In this document: piece after piece, positions 14,804 to 27,774 of the stretch
Layout: each line of letters begins with the position of its first letter
How positions within the stretch are numbered: the first letter of the stretch is position 1
Assembly (NCBI RefSeq): GCF_009914755.1
Contig: NC_060928.1
Strand: one strand, 5' to 3'
From: the human T2T-CHM13v2.0 reference genome, Homo sapiens
Length of the DNA: 64,000 nucleotides
The notes under the pieces: model-generated
What the model saw: the letters and a program-made list of their open reading frames with translations, nothing else
Databases searched by the model: none
What the model was told of the DNA's origin: nothing
Translations under genes and position numbers: made by a program

Positions 14804-16214
14804 TAATTCTTCCTATACATTTTCAGATTTACTTTGCTGATAATTTGTTTTAATGTGTAAGTTCACAAGAGATATTGATCAATAACTTTTTTTTTATGTT
14901 TTTTGGTCTGCTTTTTGTACATAGTAACACTGTCCTTGTAAAATGAGTTGGGAAGTGTTCTCTCTTCTGTCTTCAGGAAGAGATTGTATAAAATTGGTGT
15001 TAATTTTTCTCTAAATGTTTGACAGAATCTCTAGTGAAACCATCTGGAATAAAAGTTACTTTCTTGGGAGCTTTTTAATTACAAATTCAATTTATTATCT
15101 AATGTTTATAAAACTAGTCAGATTATGTATTTCATGTTGGTTGAGTTTTAGTAATTTGTGGTTTTCAATAAATTAGTTCATTTCTTCTAAGTAGTCAAAT
15201 GTATGAGCATAAAATCATTCTTGGCATTCCCATATTATTCATTTAATAGTTGCAAGATTTGTAATAACATCACTCATTTCATTTTTAATATTGGTAATTT
15301 GAATCTTATCTTTTTTATTTTGTCAGTCTTGCTACAGGTTTATCAATTTTTTGATCCTTTTTAAAGAACCAGCTCTTAGTTTTATTGATTACCTCTAGTT
15401 TTACCTATTTTCAATTATATTTATTTCTGCTCTTATCTATAAAATTTCTTTTCCACTGTTTGTTTCAGCTTTACATTGCTCTTTCTTTTCTAGTTTTTTT
15501 GAAGTGAAACTTAGATTATTAAATTGTGACCTTTGTTTGTTTTCAATGTACGTATTTAGTGCTATAAGTAGCTCCCTCAGTACTGGCTTAGCTGCATCTC
15601 ACATACTTTGATATGTTGTATTTTCATTTTTATTCAATGCTATGCATTAAAAAATTTCCTTTGACAATTTCTCTTTGACCGATGAATCATTTAGAGGTAT
15701 GTTGTTTAATTTCTGCATGTTTGGAGATTTTCCTGTTGACCTTCATTTTTTCATCTTTTGTGTGATTCCATTATGGTCAAAGGTGACATTCCATATTACT
15801 TAAATTCTTTTGAATTTGTTGTGGTTTGTTTTATGGCCCAGGAGATGTGGTCTGAGTCAAAGGTCCAAAAGAGCATAATGGATGCATTAGGGATGTGTGT
15901 GTGGGTGAGGTGTGCGTGTGAAGGTGGTGGGAGGTGGGGAGGTTAGCATGTTTTAGAAAAGGGAATCAAGCTGTCAAAGATGATTCAGGGACAGACAGTT
16001 AAGTGAAAGTCACATACTCAAAATCACAGCTAGTAAGTAGTTGAGATTAAAAGGCAGCCTTTCTCACTCTACATGCATTGCTTTTTTCTCATTGCCTCTC
16101 CAAATATATGAACAATAAGTAAACAGAGATATGAAGCATGATTAAAAAATTAAAATATGTGGTAAAATTTAAAAGAAATTTAATTAAATTTAGCAAGGCT
16201 ACTGTTTTGTCCAA

Positions 16215-16690
16215 ACAACCCCATATCCTTCTTTGGTCATTAAAGTAGTGCTAGATACTATAACAGAATAACCCGGAGATCTCAGTGACTTAATACAATT
16301 ATTTCTCCCTTTTTCATATAAAGTTCAATAAGAGATGGTGGTTATAGAGGGTGGATTCTGCTCCACACAAAATTAGAGGGAGCAAATATTCAGGGACCCA
16401 GGTTGAGGGAGACTTGTTTAACTCATGTTTTCCAAGGCCTTTCTGGGTGTCATCTCCTATTGGTAAATTAAGGAAAAGAGAGTGTGTGATCATTTGGCCA
16501 ACCCTACAAATTATACACATTATTTTATCCACATTTAGTTTATTTTATCCACATTTATCCACATCTGACCAACTAAATTAGTCAGATGATACACAAATGC
16601 AAAGGAAAATGGAAAATGTATCCTAGTTTTCTAAATATGCAAAAGGGGAAATGATTTAGTAAACAGTTTTTCAGTTTCTGCCACACATGA
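16215..16690 (-). mobile_element. Old MLT1 (MaLR) LTR remnant
   Basis: ctataacagaataacccggagatctcagtgacttaatacaa and related MLT1-like segments; diverged. Confidence 0.45.
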
Positions 16691-16800
16691 TGTATCTATC
16701 AGGACCTCTTTACATAATTTACATATGTCACAGTCATTTATAAGCAATTGTTGCCATATTTTTTGATTTTGTAGATTGGGCAGAAAATGTTGTCAGACTC

Positions 16801-19061
16801 TGTATTAGTTCATTCTCCTACTGCTATGAAGAAATACCTGAGACTGGGTAATTTATAGAAAAGAGGTTTAATTGACTCACAGTTCCACATGTCTGGGGAG
16901 GCCTCAGAAAACTGAAAACCATGCTGGAAGGCAACTCTTCAGAGGAGAGAGAATGGGTGACACCAGGGGAAATGCCAGATGCTTATAAAACCATCAGATC
17001 TGTGAGAACTCATTCACTATCATGAGAACAGCATGGGGGAAACGGCCCCCATGATCCAATTACCTCCACCTGGTCCTGCCCTTGATACATGGGGATTATT
17101 ACAATTCAAGGTGAGATTTGGGTGGGGACACAGAGCCAAACCATATCATTCCATCCCTGGTCCCTCCCAAACCTCCTGTCTTCACATTCCAAAACACAAT
17201 CATGCCCTTTCAACAGTCCCCCAAAGTCTTAAATCATTTCAATATTAATGCAACAGTCCAAATTCAAAGTCTCATCTGAGAACAGGCAAGTCCCTTTCAC
17301 TTAGGAGCCTGTAAAATCGAAAGCAAGTTAGTTACTTCCTAGATACAATGGAGGTACAGGCATTGGGTAAATACACCTGTTCAAAATGGGAGAAATTGGC
17401 CAAAACAAAGGGGCTGCAGGCCCCATGCAAGTCTGAGATCTAATAGGGCAGTCATTAAGCCTTAAAGTTCCAAAATGATCTCTTTTGACTTCGTATCTCA
17501 CATCCATATCACCCTGATGAAAGTGGTGGGCTCCCATGGCCTTGGGCAGCTCTGCTTTGCAGGGTACAGTCCCCCTCCCAGTTGCTTTCACAGGCTGGCA
17601 TGAGTGCCTGTGGCTTTTCCAGGTGCACCATGCCAGCTGTCAGTGGATGTGCCATTCTGGGGTCTGGAGGATAGTGGCCCTCTTCTCACAACTCCACTAG
17701 GCAGTGCACCAGTGGGAACTCTGTGTGGGGGATCTGACCCCACATTTCCCTTCTGCCCTGTCCTAGCAGATGTTCTCCATGAGGGCTCCACCCCTGCAAC
17801 AAACTTCTGCCTGGACCTCCAGGCATTTCCATACATCCTCTGAAATCTAGGTGGAGGTTCCCAAACCTCAGTTCTTTACTTCTGTACACCTGCAGGCCAA
17901 ACACCACATGGAAGCTGCCAAGGCTTGGGGCTTGCACATTTTGAAACAATGGCCTGAGCTGTACCTTAGCCCCTTTTAGCTAGGGCTGGAACTGAAGCAG
18001 CTGGGAGGCAGATCACCTTGTCCCAAGGCTGCACAGAGCAGGGGGAACGTGGACCCACCCCAGGAAACAATTTTTCCCTAATAGGCCTCCAGGCCTGTGG
18101 TGGGAGGGGCTGCCATGAAGGTCTCTGACATGCCTTGGAGATGTTTTCCCCACTGTCTTGATGATTAACATTCAACTCCTTATTATTTATGCAAGGTTCT
18201 GCAACTGGCTTGAATTTCTCCCCAGAAAATGGGTTTTCTTTTCTATATCATTGTCAGCCTGCAAATTTTCCAAACTTTTATGCTCTGCTTCGTCTTGAAC
18301 ACTTTGCTGCTTAGAAATTTGTTCCGCCAGATACCTTAAATAATCTCTCTCAAGTTCAATGTTCCACAAATCTCCAGTGCAGGGGCACAATGCTGCCAGT
18401 CTCTTTGTTAAAGCATAGCAAGAGTCACCTTTACTCCAGTTCCCAGAAAGTTCCTCATCTCCATCTGAGACCACCTAAGCCTGAACTTTATTGTCCATAT
18501 TACTATCAGCATTTTGTTCATGGGCATTCAGCAAGTCTCTAGGAAGTTCCAAACTTTCCCACAACTTCCTGTCTTCTTCTGAGCCCTCCAAACTGTTCCA
18601 ACCTCTGCCTGCCGCCCAGTACCAAGGTCACTTCCACATTTTTCGGTACCTTTATAGCAGCACCCCACTCTCTGTGGTATCAATTTACTGTATTAGTTCA
18701 TTCTCATGCTGCTGCAAAGAAATACCTGAGACTGAGTGATTTATAAAGAAAAGAGGTTTAATTGACTCACAGTTCGACATGGGTGGGGAAGCCTCAGGGA
18801 ACTGAAAATTATAGTGGAAGACACCTCTTCACAGGGAGGCAGGAGAGAGAGTGAGTACAAGCAGGGGAAATGCTAGACACTTACAAAACCATCAGATCTT
18901 GTGAGAACTCACTCACTATCATGAAAACAGCATGGGGGAAACTGCCCCATGATTCAATTACTGCCACCTGGTCTCTCCCTTGACACACAGGGATTATGGA
19001 GATTATGGGGATTATAATTCAAGGTGAGATTTGTGTGGAGACACAGAGCCAAACCATATCG
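16801..19061 (-). mobile_element. Full-length THE1C (ERVL-MaLR): LTR 16801-17148, internal 17149-18688, LTR 18689-19061
   Basis: Two direct LTRs tgtattagttcattctc...gacacagagccaaaccatatc around ~1.5 kb THE1 internal sequence (NWSKGDSCY, NIELERD); TSD gactc/cactc. Confidence 0.93.
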
Positions 19062-20857
19062 CACTCCTAATGGCTATGGATCAGACTATCTACTGTTACA
19101 AATAAAAGGTTTTTTTTTTCAGTCATTGGCCATGCTGAAAACATTAAGTGATTTCCAACTCATAATTAATAGGGCAAATTTTCATTCAGGGACACATGCA
19201 ACAGCTTTCTTAGCTGTATGTTTACTTTTCTTCTGTGATAATATATCCAGATACAGCAAGTGAGAAAGGATGCTGAAAGTCTTTTTCAATGAAAATGATT
19301 TGGAACTATTAAATAAGAACAATGTTTTCCAAAATGTTTCTTGTAGAACACTAGTCCTTGAATATACTCCAAAGGAAAACATATAGTTATTTACCCATAA
19401 AAGTTTACCAAGGAATGATACTCAAATATCTCTCTTGAGTATTTACAATACATGAGAACATATTAAATATTCTAAATAATTCTGCCATAAAGAATTTTGG
19501 TTTTAACCTCAGCTTTTCTAATACTTGTCATAGATTTCTGGGTTTTAATACCACATGCTATTGTGTTACATCTGTGAGAAATGAAATTCCACTTGACTGT
19601 CATTACAATTGAACTTCCTAGTTTTGAATGCCACTTTCTATACTGAAAAATTAGTAAGAAAGTATTTTTCATATGAGTAATATTGTTTTGTAGGGCTTTA
19701 AGAATACATAGAATAAAATACATTTAGTCATGTTTTCCCTTTTTATTCTTATTCCCTACTGCAGTTATTAGCAAACTTAGCACCAACAGGGTGAACATTA
19801 ATTTGTATAGTTTTTCCTTCCTCTCCCTTAAAAATATATTGCATTATGTAAACTTCAGTTTATTTTCTCCTTAGGCTACCAAATTCACTTCATAAGTTTT
19901 GGAAGTCCTTTTTTCCACTACCAATATTTCTATATTTTTTCATAGAAACATTTCCTCACTCTGGTGAGGAAGAATAATCTCAGAAGAACAATCTTAGGCC
20001 CTTTCTTTTACCTTCAGTTTCTCCATTTTGTTTTTATTTTTCTCTTCTGCATTTTGAACCTGAACCAGAGATAAAATATAAGAAAGAATTTGAGGTTGAT
20101 GTCAGAAGCATTTCCAACAGGGCTAAGGAAGTATTTTTTTGGAAGGTGAGTGTGATTTATAATACCATGCAGGAGTAGTGGATATGCCACATGATGTCAT
20201 TCCTTTGTTTTTGTTTTCTAACTTGAAGAAAAATTTGTGATTTTTTACATTGGCATAGAAAATAAAAATAGAGCATTGACTAATATTTAAAAAATGATCC
20301 TGCTTACTTGATATGCTATCATCTTTTATTATGCTTTGCTTATAAGCAAAATTATTTCCTACTGTAGTTTTGCAATATAATATTGTAAAAGTATATTTGC
20401 CAAACACAATATTTGGAGTAAGTTAAAATTTATTATCTGTTTCATTAAATACTTTTACTGCTCTTGCCTTTTCTCCCTTCTCTCTTTTCTGGCATAACTA
20501 CCAGTAACTGTAAAGATATGTGAGCTGATATTTACAAAATGGCAGGCACCTTTTCCTGAGGACTGTCAATCAGTACCATTTGTGCGGATGAACCATTGCC
20601 AACTTCCATACACTAGGTTATTTTAAAAATAATGCTTAATTAAAAAAATCTAGTTGATGGTGATGGAATATTCTTTATTCTGGGTAAACTTTGTAAGTTT
20701 GGATTAAGACCACAAGATATCAAAACATTTGTGGGACCATATTGTGCTATTAGTTTGGCCCTCAAGAAATCAGAAGGTAACTCTGGTGTTCCAGGAACTA
20801 TTCAACCTGAGAATCTTAGTGTACTTAACTTTAATGAAGTAAGTTAAGTTATCTGAG

Positions 20858-21062
20858 GCTGTGCTTTCATTAGGTAGCTACTAGCCACAGGTGGCTATTG
20901 AAATTAAAATTAATTAAAATAAACAAAATTAAGTAGTTTCTCATTCACACTAGCCACATTTCAAGTGCTCAGTAGTCACATATTACTAGTGGCTACTGTG
21001 CTGAACAGTATAGATTGTCGGATATTTCCAGCATTGTTGTAAGTTATAATGAAAAGGGCTAA
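20858..21062 (-). mobile_element. MER3 (hAT-Charlie)
   Basis: gtagctactagccacaggtggctatt...cactagccacatttcaagtgctcagtagtcaca. Confidence 0.8.
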
Positions 21063-21332
21063 TTCAGAGGGCATTATTATTTCCAGTTCATATATAAAGG
21101 ACAAAAAGCTAGAATTGCACCCTTGATTATCAGTCACTTCAATTTATTTGGAACAGTCTTAATTACTCAGATACGAGATACTTTCCTGAACAGTTGTATA
21201 ACCTACTGGAAAAAATATTGGATTGGAAGATAGGATAAGTGGAGTTTGTTCCAACCATAAACTCGTGTTGATGAGAAAATAATTTGACTTATTTAAGTTA
21301 CTTTTACCTGTGGAAAACCAAACTATGAGACA

Positions 21333-21875
21333 TGTGCAGAAAAGAGTTAACATAGCAAGCCTGACTACTATCCTTAGAAAGGGTACTTACAAAATTGGCC
21401 CTTGCCTGGCATCTGAAAACTTGGATTTCAAAAGAATTCCCACCATTTCCTCATGAGAGTGTCTCACTGTGCCAAAAATGCTTGTACGAACAATATGGTT
21501 TGTGCTGAACTCCTCCTTCCCTACTGGGAGTCTGGAATGTGTGTATGTGCCAGGCAGAGGGTGCTTACGTGACTAGCCCCAAACAAAAACCTTGGTGCTG
21601 AGTCTCTAACAAGCTTCCCTGGTAGATATTTCACACTTGTCACAACTTATTATGGGGGACTTAAGCATGTACTGTGTGGTTCCAATGGGAGACGATTCTA
21701 GAATCTCACTCCTGGTTTCCCCCAGACTTCACCCCACGTGACTTTTCTCTTTGCTGATTTTTCAGTGTATCTTTTCGTTGTAATAAATCATAGCCATGAA
21801 TATGACTATATACCGAAGTCCATGAGTCTTTCTAGCGAATCACCAATCCCAGGGGTGGTCTTGACCCTCAACACA
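21333..21875 (+). mobile_element. MER68 solo LTR (ERVL)
   Basis: Starts TGTGCAGAAAAGAGTTAACATAGC; aataaa near 21782; ends with CA. Confidence 0.75.
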
Positions 21876-22999
21876 CCTCATAATTATGTTGAAAGGGTAA
21901 TATGAAGTCTAAAGTTTAAGAATAAGTTTGAATTCCAAACACAGTGCCATACGCTTGTCAGTTATTATTAACAATTGTACTGAATCTGGCAAGGAAGAAA
22001 AATCAGACAAAATATTTATTCAAAAATACACAAAATAAGATTGTTTAAAATAAAACTGAAAAGCTATATACTCCTGAATAAATTATATCTAACATTTTAA
22101 GACATAATTGTGGTGTTATTTTATTTACATTAACTGGGGACACTGAATCGTAACACTATATTAGGATTTGGGAAGATATGACTTAGAGAAAAACAGAGGA
22201 CATCATGCCCTTCTTGGACTTTTAAGTATCTACAGAAACACTTCCAAAGCAGTCTGGAAATGTGAGCTCAAGAGGCTAAGACAAGAATTTCAGTGAAACA
22301 GAATAGCACTCATCCTTCCTTGGATCAAGTTTAAAGAAGCTGCAAAGTCCTCCTCACACAAGTCTCTGGATATGTATCTGTCTTTCTGCAACAGGTTTAA
22401 GAGACTCAAGACCTCAGAGCTGACATATCTGGGTGTTTCTTGACAGAGACTGAGAAATATGGCCTTGGCTTCCTGTGGTGGGAGTGAAAGCAGAGCTCTC
22501 TCTCCTTTTATTTTAAAAGTCAAATTTATAAAGTATCTTGTTGTAGTGAATGCTTTCCTGGCTCAAATATCATAATCTTTACCTAAACATGAGAATTTTT
22601 ATCTTTGCTGTGCAACTCATTCATATCCAAATTCCAAATGTCAACTCACCCTCTTCTCTGATTTCCACCACCCATTTTTTACAACATGGCTCCAGGGAGG
22701 ATATATCCTTGGTTTCCTGCAATGATGTCTGATGAAGGTACTTGTGCCTTTTTTCTTCCCTGTCCCACCCCATTCTTTCTTTTATACCTTTCTTTTTCCA
22801 TTTCCTAAGGTTCTTATTCAGATGACCAATTTCAAAGGTTTGGACCAAAACCTCCCCAGGCGTCAGAGCTTTTGGGGGCCTAAGTTTGAGTACAAATTGT
22901 TTCTAGGGGATACCCAAAGGTTGTCTTTATGACCACAGTGACTTTAAAAAATATATCAAAGAGAAAAACAGAACAAGTATCAGACTTCATGCAGTACAA

Positions 23000-23560
23000 A
23001 ATAGCATGAGGAATAAGACTGCAGATATATGGAACCAGATTGCTTGAGTTTGAATTCTATCTTCTCTGCTTATTTCTGTTTCATCTTAGGCAATTTACTT
23101 AACCACCCTGTGCCTTGATTTACTCACCTATTAAATGCAATAGCAACAGTATCTATTAATACCATGCCCCCCCTTTTTTAATAAAGACAGTGTCTCACTC
23201 TGTCACTCAGGCTGGAGGGAGTCAATGGCATAATCATAGTTCACTGCAGCCTTGGTTGCCTGGGTTCAAGTAATCCTCCCACCTCAGCCTTCCAAGTAGC
23301 TAGGACTACAGGCATTTGCCACCATGCCTGGCTATTTTTTAAAAATTTTTTTATAGATGGAGTCTCACTATGTTGCCAAGGCTGGTCTAGACTCTTGGCC
23401 TAAAGTGACCCTCCCATCTTGGCCTCCCAAAATAATGGGATTACAAGCATGGTCCACCAAGCCTGCCCATCACCTATCTTATTGAGATATTGTGAAGATT
23501 AAATCAGTTAACTTATGTGAATTGCATAGAACACTTAGTAGGTGCTATATAAATATGGTG
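23000..23560 (+). mobile_element. MIR split by an AluJ
   Basis: ccagattgcttgagtttgaatt...cttaggcaatttacttaacc, resuming as cacctatcttattgagatattgtgaagattaaat. Confidence 0.7.
23174..23468 (-). mobile_element. AluJ
   Basis: atcatagttcactgcagcc, aatcctcccacctcagcc, ctcactatgttgcc. Confidence 0.9.
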
Positions 23561-24283
23561 ACCACTTAATTGATCACCCAACCTGGGATGCATTTGAATA
23601 TAAAAAGGGGCATTATTAATAATTATACCAGAACAAGTATAATGGTAAGTGCTCAGCATTATTATTTTTAAATTTTACTTGAAAGAAAACTTATTTTTAA
23701 GTAGCAAAATTCTCTACAAATGGAAAACTCTTTAATATAAACTTTCCTGCTAATAAAAGCACAGAATATAGGAGAAAAAAAATGAATGTACCCCTGTGTT
23801 ATAGGACTTGGGAAAAATGAATTCAGTTGGGTCACAGGAGCACATGCACAGTGAGCTGTCATCTTTGAGATTGGGGAGGGAATACTTATTGAGGACAAGA
23901 GTATCTTTTTACATTCGTTCAAAGTGCAGAGGTGGTGGGGGCAGAAAACCTTATTTGAAGGTGAAGTTAAGTTAAATTCATTACAGGCCAGTCAGTTATT
24001 AAAAGCACTAATGACAGCAAAGCAAGCATAAAGCACCTCCAACAATTTGCCAAGCATTCTTGCCTTGCTGCCTTTCGGTAAAGGTTTCTCTAAAATGATT
24101 TTAAAACTATCGAGATGTATATGACAACTAAGTGATCTCACTTGTCACTTGGTCAATATCGTTTCCTTCCAGAGTAGTTCAACCTCAGATGTCATTTATG
24201 TGTACTTTGTTCTGATTATCATTCAACAGTGACAGCAAATATTTTTCTCTTCTTTCTCTCTAATCCTCTTTTCTGGCTTACAG

Positions 24284-24381
24284 ATCTTTTCTTGGCCCTT
24301 GACAGAAGAAGCAGAGTAACTTTTCTTAGGTGGCATAATTCTTCAAAATGTGTTCATTTTGAAGAACAGGGGTGATGGATG
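24284..24381 (+). other. Candidate exon (98 nt)
   Basis: Long polypyrimidine tract with ctaat branch-like motif, AG at 24282-83, weaker donor ATG|gtaata. Confidence 0.25.
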
Positions 24382-24989
24382 GTAATACACAGGCAGGGAT
24401 CAACAGTCCCAGAACTGAAGGAAGAGTTGACAAATGTATCAAAGATGCCTAATCAAAATGTGTCCACATTCTGCTAAATAAATTCTGGTTGAGCAGAACT
24501 AACAAAATCTATGTTTTCTTATTGTTAATATTTTTTGTATTGAATATGAGATGATATACAGAAGGAAACAAAACAAAATTGATGACAAACTAGCAGTTTG
24601 AATTTTGCTAATGTTTGAAGATGAGTAATTGCCAAATGGGGAGTTTGAGTCTCAGAAAACAGTAGAGAAAAAATAGCTTTTTGAGATTTCAAAAACCAAA
24701 TATTAAAAAAAATTAACTGAAAAACTCAAAATGTTGATGCTCACTTATTAACATTTCATAAGTTAAAAATTTTGATGTTATTGGATAATCAAATGCATTT
24801 GTATCTATAAACCACAATTTGTCATAGCACAGATTCAGTTCTACTCCAGGTCAAATCATGCCCCATTCTTAGCAAACAAAAACTACAGAAATTAGTAGTC
24901 TTATATAACACAGTTCACAACACTAATAATGTACCACAACTTGATGTTTTTAGTAACAGAGGATATGGCATATAATTTTTCACATGTGT

Positions 24990-25130
24990 TATAGGTATCT
25001 TTGTTTTTGATTCTCACAACAGCCCTATGAAGTAGGTGACATTGACTCTGAGGTACATGGAAGTGAATTTGCCTGAGTCTTAACAGCTAGTAAGTGAAGG
25101 AACAAAAGTTCAATCCCAGTGCTCATGTCC
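24990..25130 (-). mobile_element. MIR
   Basis: gattctcacaacagccctatgaagtagg...acagctagtaagtg. Confidence 0.6.
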
Positions 25131-26729
25131 ATAACTCTTGTTCAATACTGACCTTGGCACCAATTACCAGAAAGAGATTTGATTCTGGACATGTATCTTA
25201 GAGGAATGTTAAATGCTTAGTGATTTAATACATGGCACAACAAAAGCATTTAAAGGCAAGATGCCACAAAATCCTGCTTTTGTTGAATCAATTCACAGGT
25301 CTAACGTGGATTTAAAATAACTTGCGTGTGTTTATGAGTATTTATACATTATTTGTGTCAGCCAAAAAAAATGGAATGAAGTATTAAGTATCAGGACCAA
25401 AGCCAAGTCAATTGAAGATGTCAGAAATAACCAAAAGCTCAGAATGAATTACACCATTTGTTTAGGACACTCTTGGGTATTTATCAAGGATGTTTCCAAT
25501 CCAGCTCTCAAAGCAATAAACTCTAGGTAAGTCATCAAATAAATAAGTAAATGTAGCACTGTATAACCTTTATTCTGTATTGTCTAAGAAATGGTTTTCT
25601 TTCAGAGAAGCAAGCCTTTTACATTTGACACTAGACTGTAGTTTATTGCTTTAAAACTGAGCTGTTCAATTTAGGCTTATGATAAAAGGTGTACACTTAG
25701 ATAAGCAGACATTTAAGCTGATTAGATGGTCTAAAACAGTGGATTTAGAACCATTTCTACCATGCAATTACTCCTTAGCCCAGTGTCTCTCACAGATGAA
25801 AGCAGAGCTGCTCTGGATGAAGAGAGAAAGAGGTGGAGGCCCGGGATTGCAGCAGCTGGGTTGTCTATTGACCTGTGTACTTAGGTAGCCCCAAGGGTAC
25901 CAGCATTACATGTCTAGGGCTCCCCATACCACACTCTGAAAGCCACTGTTCTAATAGCCAAACCCAAGAAAATGTGTGAAAACAGAAACCAAATTTAAAT
26001 TACGAAGATTATAACATTTAAGGAGATCAAATTTTAAATGACTTTATTTAGGACTCTATTTTGCTGGATTTGTACATATTCCCAGATGGAAGCTCTGTGT
26101 TCCTAAAGATGGAATCAAATAATGTCCATGAAAAAAAACCTTGTTATATTAATCTTTTTTTGAAGAAATAATACTCCTATATTACTTAATAAACATTATT
26201 TAAGCTAATCTTCAATATTGCTGAGGTGTCAGATCTCCATCTGCATTTTATGGAAGATTAAACAAAGAGATTAACTGGAAAACCTGTGGAGATTAAGAGA
26301 TTAACTGGAACAAAGAGATTAACTGGAAACTCCACCTCTGACTTTCCATATGACTTTGAACTGTGAGACTTTTACAGCCTCCTAGGACGTGGGCTTCCTA
26401 AATATAATCATAGAAGATCATACATACTCTTTATTTAAAGGTGTGACTTCTTGTGCTTTTTTAAATAAAGAGATTATTTAAAATGAATTTAAATCAACTA
26501 GTGTATCAAACTTTTTAAAGTCTCAAAAGTTAATCAAATTGTGACTGTTTTTAATTTATATGAAAAGTATATGGAGATGGTGCAAATTTAGGGAAAAAGA
26601 AAGTCTTTCTTTGGTTGTAATGACTTACAGGGAGGACCACTGTATGATAGATCATTATAAATTAAAATTCTGTACTAGGGTGGTGTTATGGGACAGTGAG
26701 ATGTCCCATTGTCTCATAATTTTGGTTAA

Positions 26730-26960
26730 GATTCTGTAGTTGAGATCAAAAGACTAATATTCCACATTTTGAGTTTAGAGAGCTGCCACTTTTCAGTGGG
26801 GTGCTTGAGCAACCAACTTCTTCAGCTCAGTTTTCTCCCCTATAAAATAGTATTTACCTCATGAGTTTATTATGAGGGTAAAATGAATTAAAACAGTAAA
26901 GTGCTAAGAAAAAAATTTGGCATAAAATAGCTCAATGAAATTTAATTATGATTATTATTG
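26730..26960 (+). mobile_element. MIR
   Basis: ctcagttttctcccctataaaat...tacctcatgag...taaaatgaattaa...gtaaagtgct. Confidence 0.6.
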
Positions 26961-27254
26961 TTAACATTAGTTTTCTTGAGATTATTATGGACTTCTAACT
27001 GAGGAGACAACTATATTATAAGCTTGATGATGGCAGGGACTTGTGTGATATTTCCTGTGTTACCCCAATACTTAATGACATGCTTTTATAAAGTGTTGGT
27101 TTAATATATTTTTCTTGCAAATAAACAATTTTGGTATTTAATGAGTTTTAAGTTATAACAATTCATTTTTAAAATAGTGTATCATAAAACGGAATAGTTT
27201 TAAATATTATGTAACAGCCCAATTAACAAGGTTGATGATACATACACATGACAT

Positions 27255-27279
27255 ATGTATATATTTATATATACTCAAG

Positions 27280-27310
<31 letters not shown>

Positions 27311-27350
27311 CTTATACATACATACACACAAACACACACATACACACACA
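27255..27350. repeat. (TA)n and (CA)n microsatellite
   Basis: Seen directly. Confidence 0.9.
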
Positions 27351-27435
27351 CGGACTATACGCACACATAATCAGATAACAAATAGTAAATTCACGCTCTT
27401 CAAGCACACATGTCACATCTACAAAAGTTAATGTT

Positions 27436-27773
27436 GGCCGGATGCAGTGGCTCACCTTGTGGTCCCAGCATTTTGGGAGTCTGAAGTGGGAAGAATATTT
27501 GAGTCCAGGATTCAAGACCAGCCTGGTCAACCTAGTGAGACCTTCTCTTTACAAAAAACACACAATTAGCCAGATGTGGTGGCTTGCATTTGTAGTCTCA
27601 GCTACCTGGAAGGCTGAGGTGAGAGGATCACTTGGGCCTGGGAGACTGAGTCTGCAGTGAGCCTAGATCGTGCCACTGCACTACAGCCTGGGCAACAAAG
27701 CGGGACCATCTAAAAACAAAACCAAGCAACCAAACAAAGAAAAACAAAAAACAAAAAACAACACAACAAAAAA
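27436..27773 (+). mobile_element. AluJ with (AAAC)-type tail
   Basis: ggccggatgcagtggctca...gagaggatcacttgggcctggg...gcaacaaagcgggacc. Confidence 0.9.
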
Positions 27774-27774
27774 T

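Noticed and set aside
17033-18739. Cluster of ORFs in a GC-richer region
   Set aside because: Decayed THE1 internal sequence; no intact retroviral gene.
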